A stretch of 63,393 bases of DNA from Actinomycetota bacterium (GTDB lineage: Bacteria > Actinomycetota > AC-67): positions 1 to 63,393 of the forward strand of contig JBKHYG010000017.1 of NCBI GenBank assembly GCA_046565595.1. Direction: 5' to 3'. Shown piece after piece: positions 43,288-52,324 of the stretch. Positions within the stretch are counted from its first letter, which is position 1; every line of letters starts with the position of its first letter. The position numbers were made by a program, and so were the translations under genes. The notes below the pieces were generated by a model that searched no databases, was not told the origin of the DNA, and saw only the letters and a program-made list of their open reading frames with translations.

Positions 43288-44526
43288 TCAGGCGTACACC
43301 AGCGAGAGCAGACCAGCGCGTGCAACCTGCAGAACCGAGACCGGCAACGCGGCGTAGCCGTTCTGACCGAGCTTGGTCTGGGTCGAGTCTCGCAGCAACA
43401 CATCGAGATAGTCGACCAAGGTCTGGGCCTTCCCAGGCGTCGCAGTCCCTCCACCGAATGCGCTCAGGAGATTGTTGTAGACGAGCGCGTAGGTCATGGT
43501 GCAGATCGGGTACGCACCGGGAGCCAGACCGTCGGTGATCGACACCGCATCCCAACCGGGGCTGAGAGTGCTGGCTGGGTGGGTCATCCCGACCGTGGCA
43601 GCCTCGCATCGAGCAGACAGACCCGAGTTGGGACTCAGGAACTCACCGGCCGGGTTATCGACGCGCGCCCAGTCCAAGATCCCGTGAGGAGAAGAGCTCC
43701 CCCCAGCTGCTCGGACCCTGGAGGCCTCCGCCAGCTCGACGTACCCGATGGCGCCGGGGATCGTGTCGACCAGGTTCGCGACACCATCGTTCTTCTTCTT
43801 CCGAACGAGCGTCCCTCCGAGATCCTCGATGGGCCAGGCGGTGTTGAACTGGTTCTGCTTGTAGACCTGGAACTGTGGGTTGCGCTTGGACAGGAAGTCC
43901 TTGAACGCATAGGTGGTCCCAGAGACATCTTCGCGGACTGCGACCGTGATAGGAAGCCCACAGTTCGACAGCTTCGACCTGATGCCATCGCTCTGATCCT
44001 GACCGATCAGTCCATCATTCCAGTCCGTGATGATCCCACTGAAGATCGATCCGATGACCTGCGAACGGAGGTTGAGCTCCACGAGACCGTTAGTACCTGC
44101 CCCGATGCCGCAGTCCTCGAGATTCACCGAGACGGTGATGGCCCCAAGGCCGATAGGGATGTGGTGAGACGGACTGACGCGCCCCGCACCGGAATCGGCG
44201 TCTAGGGCACCGGCCATCTGTTCATCGAAGGAGAGTGGTTCGTCGGAGCCTGCATACAGGTAGCTGTGATCGGCGTAAGCAGCCTTGCCCGCACCGGAAC
44301 CGCCACCCAGGTACTTGAAGGTTCCCTTGCCACACGCCTTGTTGAACTCGGGTATCCCTACCTTGTCGTGAAGGTTCTGTGCGAAGGATGCGCCTACCCC
44401 TTCGACGAAGCCGCCCGATGTGCAGAAGCCTGGCATCAGCGGGGACTCGGCTAGACCGTTCCCTGCCCCAGTGACCAAGGTCAGCGATGTGAGTGCTAGC
44501 ACCGCCCCGAAACGACGTATCAGCAT
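43288..44526 (-). CDS. PstS-family (PBP_like_2) phosphate-binding-protein paralogue, secreted
   Basis: Signal 'MLIRRFGAVLALTSLTLVTGAGNGLA'. 'KYLGGGSGAGKAAY..YAGSDEPLS' and 'GAIGYVELAEA' match actinobacterial PstS-type binding proteins. It is separate from the pstSCAB operon. Confidence 0.8.
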   Translation of the reverse strand: MLIRRFGAVLALTSLTLVTGAGNGLAESPLMPGFCTSGGFVEGVGASFAQNLHDKVGIPEFNKACGKGTFKYLGGGSGAGKAAYADHSYLYAGSDEPLSFDEQMAGALDADSGAGRVSPSHHIPIGLGAITVSVNLEDCGIGAGTNGLVELNLRSQVIGSIFSGIITDWNDGLIGQDQSDGIRSKLSNCGLPITVAVREDVSGTTYAFKDFLSKRNPQFQVYKQNQFNTAWPIEDLGGTLVRKKKNDGVANLVDTIPGAIGYVELAEASRVRAAGGSSSPHGILDWARVDNPAGEFLSPNSGLSARCEAATVGMTHPASTLSPGWDAVSITDGLAPGAYPICTMTYALVYNNLLSAFGGGTATPGKAQTLVDYLDVLLRDSTQTKLGQNGYAALPVSVLQVARAGLLSLVYA

Positions 44527-44626
44527 GTTCGTCCTCCTAGCGTCCCGCGTGGGACCTTCTTCCGACGCCCTGTCTCTCAGCGCGTCGCAAGGGACGGTAG
44601 GAGAGCTGTCGGACGCTCAGGCATCT

Positions 44627-44648
44627 AGGAGGTGAACGAGTGATGAAC
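44627..44648 (-). promoter_or_regulatory. candidate PHO box (two 11-nt direct repeat units) upstream of the PstS-like gene
   Basis: The minus strand reads GTTCATCactc GTTCACCtcct, about 100 nt upstream of the ATG at 44526. It matches the GTTCACC-type 11-nt repeat units bound by actinobacterial PhoP-type regulators. Confidence 0.5.
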
Positions 44649-44695
44649 GGCTGCAGAGCGTAAGGAGACGGGAAGTCCCTGCGGCCCCATGGGTA

Positions 44696-45355
44696 TCAGG
44701 CGAAGTCGGCGATCTCTCCGGTAACGAGGAACACGACCTGCTCGGCGACATCGACCGCGTGATCGCCGACCCGTTCGATCTGCCTACTGACGACATGCAT
44801 CCGGATACCCCACTCGAGCATCCTCTTGTCATCCCCGACCCGCAGGACCTCGTCGAGCATCCCGCGATTGAGCTTGTCGATCGGCTCGTCCATCCGAGGC
44901 AGTTCCCTAGCGAGTTCGACATCGCGCCGCGCGAAGGCGTCCATCGCAGCCCCGATCATCTTGAGCGCGATCGTGCCCATCTCCTCCAAGGTATCCCGCA
45001 CCGTGGGTGCCTGGGGAAGTCCCGAAGCCACACGAGCGATCTTGGCGAGATTGACGCTCATGTCCCCGATGCGCTCGAGGTGGGTGTTGATATGCAGGAG
45101 TGCGGTCAGCAACCGTAGGTCACTAGCGACCGGCGCCTGGAGGGCGAACAGGTTCGTGATCCGCTGTTCGTTGCGCTGGTAGTACTCGTCGATGACATCG
45201 TCACCATCGATGACACGCGCGCAGAGTTCCACATCATCCTTGACCACCGCTCGCAGCGATCGTGCGAACAGGTCTTGGGCAGCCGCACCCATGGCCTGAC
45301 AGTGGGCCTCAACCCGCCGCAGCTCGTCGTGGAACTGGTGACGCGACTCGCTCAC
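44696..45355 (-). CDS. phoU: phosphate signalling complex protein PhoU
   Basis: GTG 45355 overlaps the pstB stop (GTGA). 219 aa with two PhoU repeats containing '[12 protein letters not shown]' and '[12 protein letters not shown]'. Confidence 0.9.
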   Translation of the reverse strand: MSESRHQFHDELRRVEAHCQAMGAAAQDLFARSLRAVVKDDVELCARVIDGDDVIDEYYQRNEQRITNLFALQAPVASDLRLLTALLHINTHLERIGDMSVNLAKIARVASGLPQAPTVRDTLEEMGTIALKMIGAAMDAFARRDVELARELPRMDEPIDKLNRGMLDEVLRVGDDKRMLEWGIRMHVVSRQIERVGDHAVDVAEQVVFLVTGEIADFA

Positions 45356-46230
45356 CCGAATCTCCCCGTGATGTAGTCCTCGGTCCGGGAGTCGCTCGGA
45401 TTGGTGAAGATCTTCCGTGTGACATCGAACTCGACCAACACACCGCACCTTGCCGAACCATCCTCGTTCACTTGGGCTGTGAGGAACGCGGTGCGATCGC
45501 TGACGCGCGCCGCCTGTTGCATGTTGTGGGTGACGATGATGATCGTGTACTCGTGCTTGAGCTCGACCATCAGGTCCTCGATCCGCGCCGTGGCGATGGG
45601 ATCGAGGGCAGAGCAGGGTTCGTCCATCAGGATGACATCAGGCCGGACGGCTATCGCCCTTGCGATGCAGAGCCTCTGCTGTTGCCCGCCCGACATCGCA
45701 AGAGCTGATCGATCCAGATCGTTGCGGACCTCTTCCCATAGTGCCGCTCGCTTGAGCGCCTCCTCGACCCGATCGTCAAGGGAGTCGGTCATCCCGTTCA
45801 CCCGCAGTCCGAAAGCGACGTTCTCGTAGATAGATTTCGGGAATGGATTCGGTTTCTGGAAGACCATGCCTATGCGACGACGAACCTCAACTGGATCCAC
45901 ACCCGCCCCATAGAGGTCGGCGCCGCGATAGCGAACGGTGCCGCTCAATGAGGCCGACGGGATGAGGTCGTTCATCCGGTTGAAGCTGCGTATAAGGGTG
46001 GATTTGCCGCAACCCGACGGACCGATGAGGGCGGTGATCTCGTTGGACGCGATCTGAAGGTTCACATCGCGTACGGCGGGGTTCCCGTCGTAGGCGATCT
46101 CCAGATCCTCTACCTCGAAGATGATCTGGCGTTCCTCACGGATCTGTATGTCTTCCGAGCTCTGCTCGGCCTCAGTCATCAGCGTCCTAAGTTCAGTCGT
46201 TCGGAGCCGCGGCTCCGTCTTGGTGCGCAT
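45352..46230 (-). CDS. pstB: phosphate ABC transporter ATP-binding protein PstB
   Basis: '[22 protein letters not shown]', '[14 protein letters not shown]' and '[12 protein letters not shown]'. The start could be the internal ATG at 46179. Confidence 0.95.
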   Translation of the reverse strand: MRTKTEPRLRTTELRTLMTEAEQSSEDIQIREERQIIFEVEDLEIAYDGNPAVRDVNLQIASNEITALIGPSGCGKSTLIRSFNRMNDLIPSASLSGTVRYRGADLYGAGVDPVEVRRRIGMVFQKPNPFPKSIYENVAFGLRVNGMTDSLDDRVEEALKRAALWEEVRNDLDRSALAMSGGQQQRLCIARAIAVRPDVILMDEPCSALDPIATARIEDLMVELKHEYTIIIVTHNMQQAARVSDRTAFLTAQVNEDGSARCGVLVEFDVTRKIFTNPSDSRTEDYITGRFG

Positions 46231-46234
46231 GTTT

Positions 46235-47116
46235 CTACCACCTCTGCTCGAATCGATTCCTTAGCCAGACCGCCGTGGCGTTCATCGCTAGGAGCACGAC
46301 GAGTAGCACCACGATGCCTGCCGCCGCGGTCACGGCGAACTCAGACTGGGGACGACTCGTCCAATTGAAGACCTGGATCGGCAGGGCTGTGAACCGATCG
46401 AGGAATCCGGAGGGAACGAAGGTCACATAGGTGAGCGCACCCATGGTGATGAGCGGGGCTGTTTCACCCAGCGCTCGAGATATCGCAAGGATGATGCCCG
46501 TCATGAATCCAGGAAGAGCAGCTGGAACGACCTGACGGCTCACCGCCTTCCATCTCGTGGCCCCGAGGGCAAGCGCGGCCTCATTGATGCTAGGTGGAAC
46601 CGCTCGGAGGGCCTCCCGCCCTGCGATCGTGATGACCGGTAAGACCAGCAAGCCGAGGGTCAGGCCCCCAGCCAGCACACTGCGGCCCATGGCCATGAGT
46701 CGCACGAACACTGCAAGCCCGAGGAGACCGTAGATGACGCTCGGGATACCGGCCAGGTTGGCGATATTGACCTCGATGAAGCGGTTCAGCCGACCTGGTC
46801 CGGCGTATTCCTCGAGATATATCGCCGCTCCCATCCCGACGGGGATCGCGAAGGCTCCGCAGATGGCGATGATCCAGAGGCTGCCGAAGATCGCAGGTTT
46901 GGCTCCGGCTTTCTCGGGGAAACGCGAGGGGAGGCCGGTTAGGAAATCCGAGGACACGCGCGGAAGGCCGACTCGGAACACATCGATCAGCAGCATGAGG
47001 AGTGCGATGAGCGTGAGTGCCAACGCAAGCCACATGATCACCAGAAAGGTGTTCTCTCGGCGTACCCTTCGGGCGCGGTCGCTGCTCGCGCGCAGATCCT
47101 CGACCCGTACGGTCAT
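46235..47116 (-). CDS. pstA: phosphate ABC transporter permease PstA
   Basis: 293 aa with six TM segments and the EAA-like loop '[13 protein letters not shown]'. It occupies the pstA position (third gene) in pstSCAB. Confidence 0.93.
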   Translation of the reverse strand: MTVRVEDLRASSDRARRVRRENTFLVIMWLALALTLIALLMLLIDVFRVGLPRVSSDFLTGLPSRFPEKAGAKPAIFGSLWIIAICGAFAIPVGMGAAIYLEEYAGPGRLNRFIEVNIANLAGIPSVIYGLLGLAVFVRLMAMGRSVLAGGLTLGLLVLPVITIAGREALRAVPPSINEAALALGATRWKAVSRQVVPAALPGFMTGIILAISRALGETAPLITMGALTYVTFVPSGFLDRFTALPIQVFNWTSRPQSEFAVTAAAGIVVLLVVLLAMNATAVWLRNRFEQRW

Positions 47117-48045
47117 TCGTACCGCTCCCTATAGCGATTCGCGATCCGGTTGCTGAAGGCATTCAGGGTGAAGGTCATGACGAACAGCGTGGTGGCAACC
47201 GCGAAGATGGTCTTGTAGGCCGTAGAACCGTAGGGTGTGTCACCGAGCGAAACCTGGACGATGAACGCGGTCATCGTTTGGATCCCCTTCAGGGGATCGA
47301 AGCTCAGTTGAGGCTGGTTGCCCGCCGCGATCGCGACGATCATCGTCTCACCGATCGCGCGTGCTAGACCCAACACGACGCTGGCGACGATCCCCGACAC
47401 CGCCGCCGGGAAGACGACCTTGAGAGCGACCGTTCGCCTCGGGGCCCCGAGCCCGTAGGCCGCTTCACGAAGGCCACGGGGGACTGCGCGCATGGCATCC
47501 TCGGACAGACTCGCGATCGTTGGGACGATCATCAGCCCAACGACAAGACCCGCCGAAAGCGCATTGAATGTCTCGATACCAGGGATGAACCGCTTCAGGA
47601 CCACCTGGGTTACGAAGTGCAGGGCGAAGAATCCCAGGACGACGGTCGGTAGCCCTGCGAGCACCTCGAGGAACGGCTTGAGGATCCTGCGGACTCGTAC
47701 CGGGGCATATTCCGACAGGTAGACCGCCACCAATAGGCCTAGGGGTACCGCGGTGAGGATGCCGATACCAGCGACCATCAGCGTGCCGTTGATGAGCGGC
47801 CACACTCCGAAGGCCGCATTACTACCGAAGGTCGGCGCCCAGCTGGTTGAGCCGAAGAATTCCCCGAAACTTACCTCCCGGAAGAACCCTACGGTTTCAC
47901 CGAACAGCGTGAAGACGATCCCGAAGGTCGTGAGCACAGTGACACCCGCGCAGAGTCGCAAGAGGAACTCAAGGGCTCCTTCTCCACGCCGACGGCGCCC
48001 CCGCAGATCGGGGGCGCCGTCGGAGTGAGAGATGATCTGGTTCAC
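47113..48045 (-). CDS. pstC: phosphate ABC transporter permease PstC
   Basis: 310 aa with '[22 protein letters not shown]' and '[10 protein letters not shown]'. It overlaps pstS and pstA by 4 nt each. Confidence 0.93.
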   Translation of the reverse strand: MNQIISHSDGAPDLRGRRRRGEGALEFLLRLCAGVTVLTTFGIVFTLFGETVGFFREVSFGEFFGSTSWAPTFGSNAAFGVWPLINGTLMVAGIGILTAVPLGLLVAVYLSEYAPVRVRRILKPFLEVLAGLPTVVLGFFALHFVTQVVLKRFIPGIETFNALSAGLVVGLMIVPTIASLSEDAMRAVPRGLREAAYGLGAPRRTVALKVVFPAAVSGIVASVVLGLARAIGETMIVAIAAGNQPQLSFDPLKGIQTMTAFIVQVSLGDTPYGSTAYKTIFAVATTLFVMTFTLNAFSNRIANRYRERYE

Positions 48046-48980
48046 GCGTTGATGGCGGCTTCGAGTTCGGCCATGTCCTCGGCAATCGTAGCCTCGTCGA
48101 CGGGCGTATAGCCAACGTCGCCCACCAGGTCATCGGCGTGCTCGATGTAGAAGCGAACGAAGGCTTCGACCTCGGGTTTCGCCAGTGCGGCGTGCTTCAC
48201 ATAGATGAAGAGCGGACGGGCCAACGGGGAGTAGGAACCGTCCCGAACGGACTCGTCGCTAGGTTCGACACAACCGTTGCCACCGTCCACAGCCACCAGC
48301 TTGAGCTTGTCGGAGTTTTCCGCGAAGTAGGCGAAGCCGAAGTACGCCAGGGCAGACTTGTCTCCCGAGACTCCGGTCACGAGGGTGTTGTCATCCTCGG
48401 AAGCGGTGTAGTCGCTGCGGCTGGCCCCCTCCTCACCGTTGATCTCGTCGGTGAAGTAGTCGAAGGTTCCAGAATCGGTCCCGGGACCGAACAGTTTGAG
48501 CGGCTGGTCGGGGAAGCCTGGACGAATCTGGTTCCAGTTGCTCACCTTGCTGCCGGGAGCCCAGATCTGGCTCAGTTCGGCGGTCGTCAGGCAGTCCACC
48601 CAGTCGTTCGCTGGATTGACCACAACGGCCAGCCCGTCCAACGCCACCGTGAGCTCAGTGAACTCGATCCCCGCCGCGGCACAATTCGCTGCCTCTGAGT
48701 CCTTGATCGGACGGGAAGCATTGCTGATGTCCGTTTCACCACCGCAGAACTTCTCGAAGCCCCCACCCGTACCGGAGACCCCGACGGTGATCTGGACATT
48801 GGGATGTTCGACGCGGAACTCTTCTGCTACGGCTTCGGTCACGGGGAAGACGGTTGAGGAGCCGTCCGCTTGGATGGAGCCCGCAAGCTCATTGCCGCCA
48901 CTAGACCCGCCGCTCGACGCACAGGCAGTTAGGCCCAGGGCGGTTGCGAGGATCATGCCCGCGGTCTTGGTGAGATTCAT
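48042..48980 (-). CDS. pstS: phosphate ABC transporter substrate-binding lipoprotein PstS
   Basis: Lipobox 'ALGLTAC'. '[20 protein letters not shown]', '[13 protein letters not shown]' and 'SNASRPI' are typical of the PstS family (PBP_like_2). Confidence 0.9.
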   Translation of the reverse strand: MNLTKTAGMILATALGLTACASSGGSSGGNELAGSIQADGSSTVFPVTEAVAEEFRVEHPNVQITVGVSGTGGGFEKFCGGETDISNASRPIKDSEAANCAAAGIEFTELTVALDGLAVVVNPANDWVDCLTTAELSQIWAPGSKVSNWNQIRPGFPDQPLKLFGPGTDSGTFDYFTDEINGEEGASRSDYTASEDDNTLVTGVSGDKSALAYFGFAYFAENSDKLKLVAVDGGNGCVEPSDESVRDGSYSPLARPLFIYVKHAALAKPEVEAFVRFYIEHADDLVGDVGYTPVDEATIAEDMAELEAAINA

Positions 48981-49034
48981 CTAGAAGCCTCCTTGGCTAT
49001 CGGATGGGCTCGACGATAAGGAATCGCGACGGAA

Positions 49035-49067
49035 GGCCGGTGTACGGGCCGTGAACCCTCTGTGAAC
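49035..49067 (-). promoter_or_regulatory. candidate PHO box: three tandem 11-nt direct repeat units upstream of pstS
   Basis: The minus strand reads GTTCACagagg GTTCACggccc GTACACcggcc, 55-87 nt upstream of the pstS ATG (48980). It lies in the pstS / response-regulator divergent region. Confidence 0.55.
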
Positions 49068-49103
49068 TTCCTCCCGGGGGCTGGCATCTGGCTCCGATCC
49101 CTG

Positions 49104-49125
49104 TCAGAGTGAAACCATCATGAAC
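49104..49125 (-). promoter_or_regulatory. second, weaker PHO-like repeat pair next to the response-regulator start
   Basis: The minus strand reads GTTCATgatgg TTTCACtctga (11-nt spacing), 12-33 nt upstream of the regulator ATG at 49137 on the opposite strand. Confidence 0.35.
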
Positions 49126-49136
49126 TCCAAGGTCAG

Positions 49137-49844
49137 ATGGCGCGCGTACTGATCGTCGAGGACGATGCCACCATGGCCGAGATGGTTGCGTACAACCTCC
49201 GGCGCCAGGGCATCGACGCCGAGGTGCACTCGGATGGACAGGCTGGCTTGAAGGCCGCACGGAAGAAGGACATCGGGTGCATAGTCCTCGACCTCATGCT
49301 GCCTGGGCTAGACGGGATCCGCCTCGCAACCGAGATACGGAGTCAGCGAGCAGATGTACCGATCATCATGCTCACCGCCAGGAGCGAGGAAGAGACGAAA
49401 CTCCGCGGCTTCGCAGCGGGAGTGGATGACTACCTGACCAAGCCCTTCAGCATGGACGAACTCGTCGCACGCGTGAAGGCTCTACTCCGTCGGAGCCGGG
49501 TGGAGGCTGTGAGGCAGGTCGCGCCAGACGAGCTGGTCTTCGGCGATCTGCGGATCAACCCTCGAGACTTCCTCTGTTGGCTTCGTGACGAAGAGGTCGA
49601 GCTTCGACCGAAGGAACTCTCTCTGCTGGCAACACTCGCCTCCGAACCAGGCCGGCTCTTCAGCAGGATCGAGCTCGCTGAGCTCGTCTGGGGTTACTCC
49701 TACCTGGGCGACACACGCACGATCGATACTCATGTCAAGAACATCAGACGGAAGATCGAAGACGCCAGCGACTACACCTACATCGAGACCGTACGCGGGA
49801 TCGGCTATCGGTTCCGTGTACGACCGAGAGGGTCTGACACTTGA
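49137..49844 (+). CDS. OmpR/PhoB-family response regulator (phosphate regulon type, RegX3/PhoP/PhoR-like)
   Basis: 'RVLIVEDD..CIVLDLMLPGLDG..DDYLTKPF' plus winged helix 'TIDTHVKNIRRKIE..IETVRGIGYRF'. It is divergent from pstS and overlaps the kinase gene by 4 nt. Confidence 0.93.
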   Translation: MARVLIVEDDATMAEMVAYNLRRQGIDAEVHSDGQAGLKAARKKDIGCIVLDLMLPGLDGIRLATEIRSQRADVPIIMLTARSEEETKLRGFAAGVDDYLTKPFSMDELVARVKALLRRSRVEAVRQVAPDELVFGDLRINPRDFLCWLRDEEVELRPKELSLLATLASEPGRLFSRIELAELVWGYSYLGDTRTIDTHVKNIRRKIEDASDYTYIETVRGIGYRFRVRPRGSDT

Positions 49845-50971
49845 GTGCCGAGGGTGCTGCCCTGGTCGCAGCGATCCTCGTGCTCGCAGCGGCGCTGATC
49901 GTAGCCCTCGCCATGGTGAAGACCATGGGTCGCCGCATCCGAGAACTCGAGGAGGACCGCAGCAGAGCACACCGGACCGCCGAGGACGCGGCCGAGTCCT
50001 CCTCGATCGCAGCCCAAGAAGCTCTCAGGTTCGGACGCATACTCTCCGCGATGCCCGATGGAGTGCTGCTCTTCACGGACGATCGAGTGAGATACGCGAA
50101 CCCAGCTGCGATCACATTGCTAGGTGGGGATCCGGTCAGACTGTTACCGCATGTGCGGTCGGCAGAGGGGTCCTTCGACATCCAGGTTCATCATCCCGTT
50201 TACCGAGACATCCAATGTCTGGTCACCGATCTGGATGCTCGAACTACGCTAGTGGTGGCCCGGGATGTCACGGATAGCCGGCGCGTAGATCGGATGCGTC
50301 AGGATTTCGTCGCGAACGCCTCTCACGAGCTGAAGACTCCTGTAGCAACCATCCTTGCGGCCGCTGAGACCCTCGCCACCGCGATCCAGGATGACCCGGA
50401 GACCGCCGAACGATTCACCCATGCCCTCGTTCGCGAAGCATCGCGTCTGTCGCGGATGGTCCAGGATCTCCTCGACCTCGCACGCCTTGATGACCCGCTT
50501 CCGGGTGATGAGTCGGCGGATCTCTCCAAGGCGACACAAGACGTGGTGACTCGATATCGCACCCTCGGCCGAGATCGCGACCTGGCTGTCGACCCATCCA
50601 TCGAGCACGGGCTCAGGGTTGCGCACCGAGAGCACGATGTTCGCGTCGCACTCTCGAATCTGCTGGACAACGCCTTCCGATACACCCCGAGTGGAGGCCG
50701 CATCACGGTCAGACTCCGCCGTGAGGGAGAGGTGGCGGTCTTAGAGGTCGCCGACGATGGCGAAGGTATACCGGCCAAGGATCTTCCCCGGATCTTCGAG
50801 CGCTTCTACCGGGTAGACCGTGCGCGTGCACGAGAAACCGGCGGTACAGGCCTCGGATTGGCGATCGTCAAACACATCGCGGAGCAGGCGGGCGGCACGG
50901 TGTCTGCCGACAGTGTCCTAGGCGAAGGAGCGACCTTCACCCTCCGGATCCCGATCCTGCCGGGAACCTGA
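49841..50971 (+). CDS. sensor histidine kinase (SenX3/PhoR-like)
   Basis: One N-terminal TM and a PAS-like segment. H-box 'NASHELKTPVATI', N-box 'NLLDNAFRYTP', G-boxes 'DDGEGIP' and 'GGTGLGLAIVKH'. Confidence 0.9.
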   Translation: MSAEGAALVAAILVLAAALIVALAMVKTMGRRIRELEEDRSRAHRTAEDAAESSSIAAQEALRFGRILSAMPDGVLLFTDDRVRYANPAAITLLGGDPVRLLPHVRSAEGSFDIQVHHPVYRDIQCLVTDLDARTTLVVARDVTDSRRVDRMRQDFVANASHELKTPVATILAAAETLATAIQDDPETAERFTHALVREASRLSRMVQDLLDLARLDDPLPGDESADLSKATQDVVTRYRTLGRDRDLAVDPSIEHGLRVAHREHDVRVALSNLLDNAFRYTPSGGRITVRLRREGEVAVLEVADDGEGIPAKDLPRIFERFYRVDRARARETGGTGLGLAIVKHIAEQAGGTVSADSVLGEGATFTLRIPILPGT

Positions 50972-51373
50972 CCCACGGTCGCTCATCAGCGCAACGAGTT
51001 GCTCTATCAACACACCTGGATCGATCCCCTTCTCGATGTACGCAGCCGCGCCGAGTTGTCGGGCGTCCGTACCGATCTTCTCCTCGATGAACCCAGAGAA
51101 GACGACCACGGTCGAATCGGGGGACGCCTCGCGGATCCGCGGAAGCGCTTGGAGGCCGTCCATCTCGGGCATGGACATGTCCAACAGGACGAGTTCGGGT
51201 TGGAGACGGCGGCTCTCCTCGATGCCCATCATGCCGTCCTCCGCTTGCCCCACCACCTCGAATCGCCCCGACGATTCGAGGGTGATCTGCATCAGTCGCC
51301 GCAACGCCAGAACATCGTCGACCAGCAGCACCCTTATGCCTCGGTCCGGATCACCCCCGGTTGGTCCCATCAC
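50918..51373 (-). CDS. stand-alone receiver (CheY-like) response regulator
   Basis: 'RVLLVDDV', 'LVLLDMSMPEMDG', 'VVVFSG' and 'YIEKG' give the full acidic pocket, phospho-Asp, Ser/Thr and Lys. There is no output domain. The start overlaps the upstream stop (GTGATG). Confidence 0.85.
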   Translation of the reverse strand: MMGPTGGDPDRGIRVLLVDDVLALRRLMQITLESSGRFEVVGQAEDGMMGIEESRRLQPELVLLDMSMPEMDGLQALPRIREASPDSTVVVFSGFIEEKIGTDARQLGAAAYIEKGIDPGVLIEQLVALMSDRGSGSRQDRDPEGEGRSFA

Positions 51374-52197
51374 CTGGGCCCCAGGAACGAGGAGTGCACC
51401 AGGTCTCCGGGTTCAACCGCTCCAGGCGCGGCACCTTCTCCTACGAGTTCGCTGATGATCCCCTTGGCTGACTCAAGGGCATCGGCCATCGCTTCCTTAG
51501 CCTCATCCGTTCGGCCCGACGCCTGAGCCAGTTGTGCCACAACGAGTCCCTGAACGATCCCGTCGTTGATCTGAAGCGCTTGACGACGACGGAGGTTCGC
51601 GTCGTGCATGAGTTGACGGAAGCTCTCAGCTCGAGCGTGCTCGAGCTCGTTGACCTTCCAAGAGAACAGTTGAACTATGCAAGCCGCAGCCACGAATCCA
51701 CCGTGGATCAACGCCCACACCCAAGGCTGGTTGAGCGCGGCCTCGTGGTTGTAGACGGCTGCGGGGTCCAGCGCGCCCATGACGCCGTGATGCACGACCA
51801 CATAACCGAACGCCACTCCATAGGGTGCCCAGTCCTGGTAAAGAGTCATGAGGCCAAGGACGACGAAGAAGTGGAAGTGCATCTCGATCAATCCGCCGCT
51901 CAGATGCACGAGGACCGCCGAGCAAGTCACGAGTCCGAGGGCTGCAAGGGTTCCACGCATAGCGCGGGACGCCTTCGCGTTCGCCGCGGCGATGGCAAGC
52001 ACGGCGATGATCGAGGTCTCCGCTACGGTGTGCACGACGCCGTAGCCACGAGTGATACCCAGGACTGCCACCGCGGGGATGTGGGCTGCCAGTATCCAGA
52101 CGACCACGAGGTGCCGGTTCCTGAAGACCTCGGGTGGCAGATCCCTGCCGCGAGGGACCGCCGCGCGTAGACGATCCATGGATCGATAGATGCTCAC
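51370..52197 (-). CDS. His-rich polytopic membrane protein with C-terminal HisKA_3-like dimerisation helix, lacking the phospho-His and any ATPase domain
   Basis: About five TM helices ('..LIEMHFHFFVVLG..', 'VVVHHGVMG', 'ALIHGGF'), then 'LRRRQALQINDGIVQGLVVAQLAQASG..EAKEAMADALESAKGIISEL'. The start is uncertain (GTG 52197 or ATG 52179). The ORF extension to 52356 overlaps typA. Confidence 0.7.
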   Translation of the reverse strand: MSIYRSMDRLRAAVPRGRDLPPEVFRNRHLVVVWILAAHIPAVAVLGITRGYGVVHTVAETSIIAVLAIAAANAKASRAMRGTLAALGLVTCSAVLVHLSGGLIEMHFHFFVVLGLMTLYQDWAPYGVAFGYVVVHHGVMGALDPAAVYNHEAALNQPWVWALIHGGFVAAACIVQLFSWKVNELEHARAESFRQLMHDANLRRRQALQINDGIVQGLVVAQLAQASGRTDEAKEAMADALESAKGIISELVGEGAAPGAVEPGDLVHSSFLGPR

Positions 52198-52324
52198 CTT
52201 CCTTGAATCGGCCTGATGAGGAGCAACGGATACGCCCTGTTGTGACCAGGTGGCCGGTGGAATGCCCGTTTCGTCCGGCCTCGAAGTGACCTGAGGGGTG
52301 CTGGCCCCTAGGCTGCGCGCCCGC

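Noticed and set aside
51532-52170. 212-aa plus-strand ORF opposite the His-rich membrane protein gene
   Set aside because: It has a charged shadow-frame composition. The minus-strand frame gives coherent TM helices plus a HisKA_3-like helix and is translationally coupled to the receiver gene.
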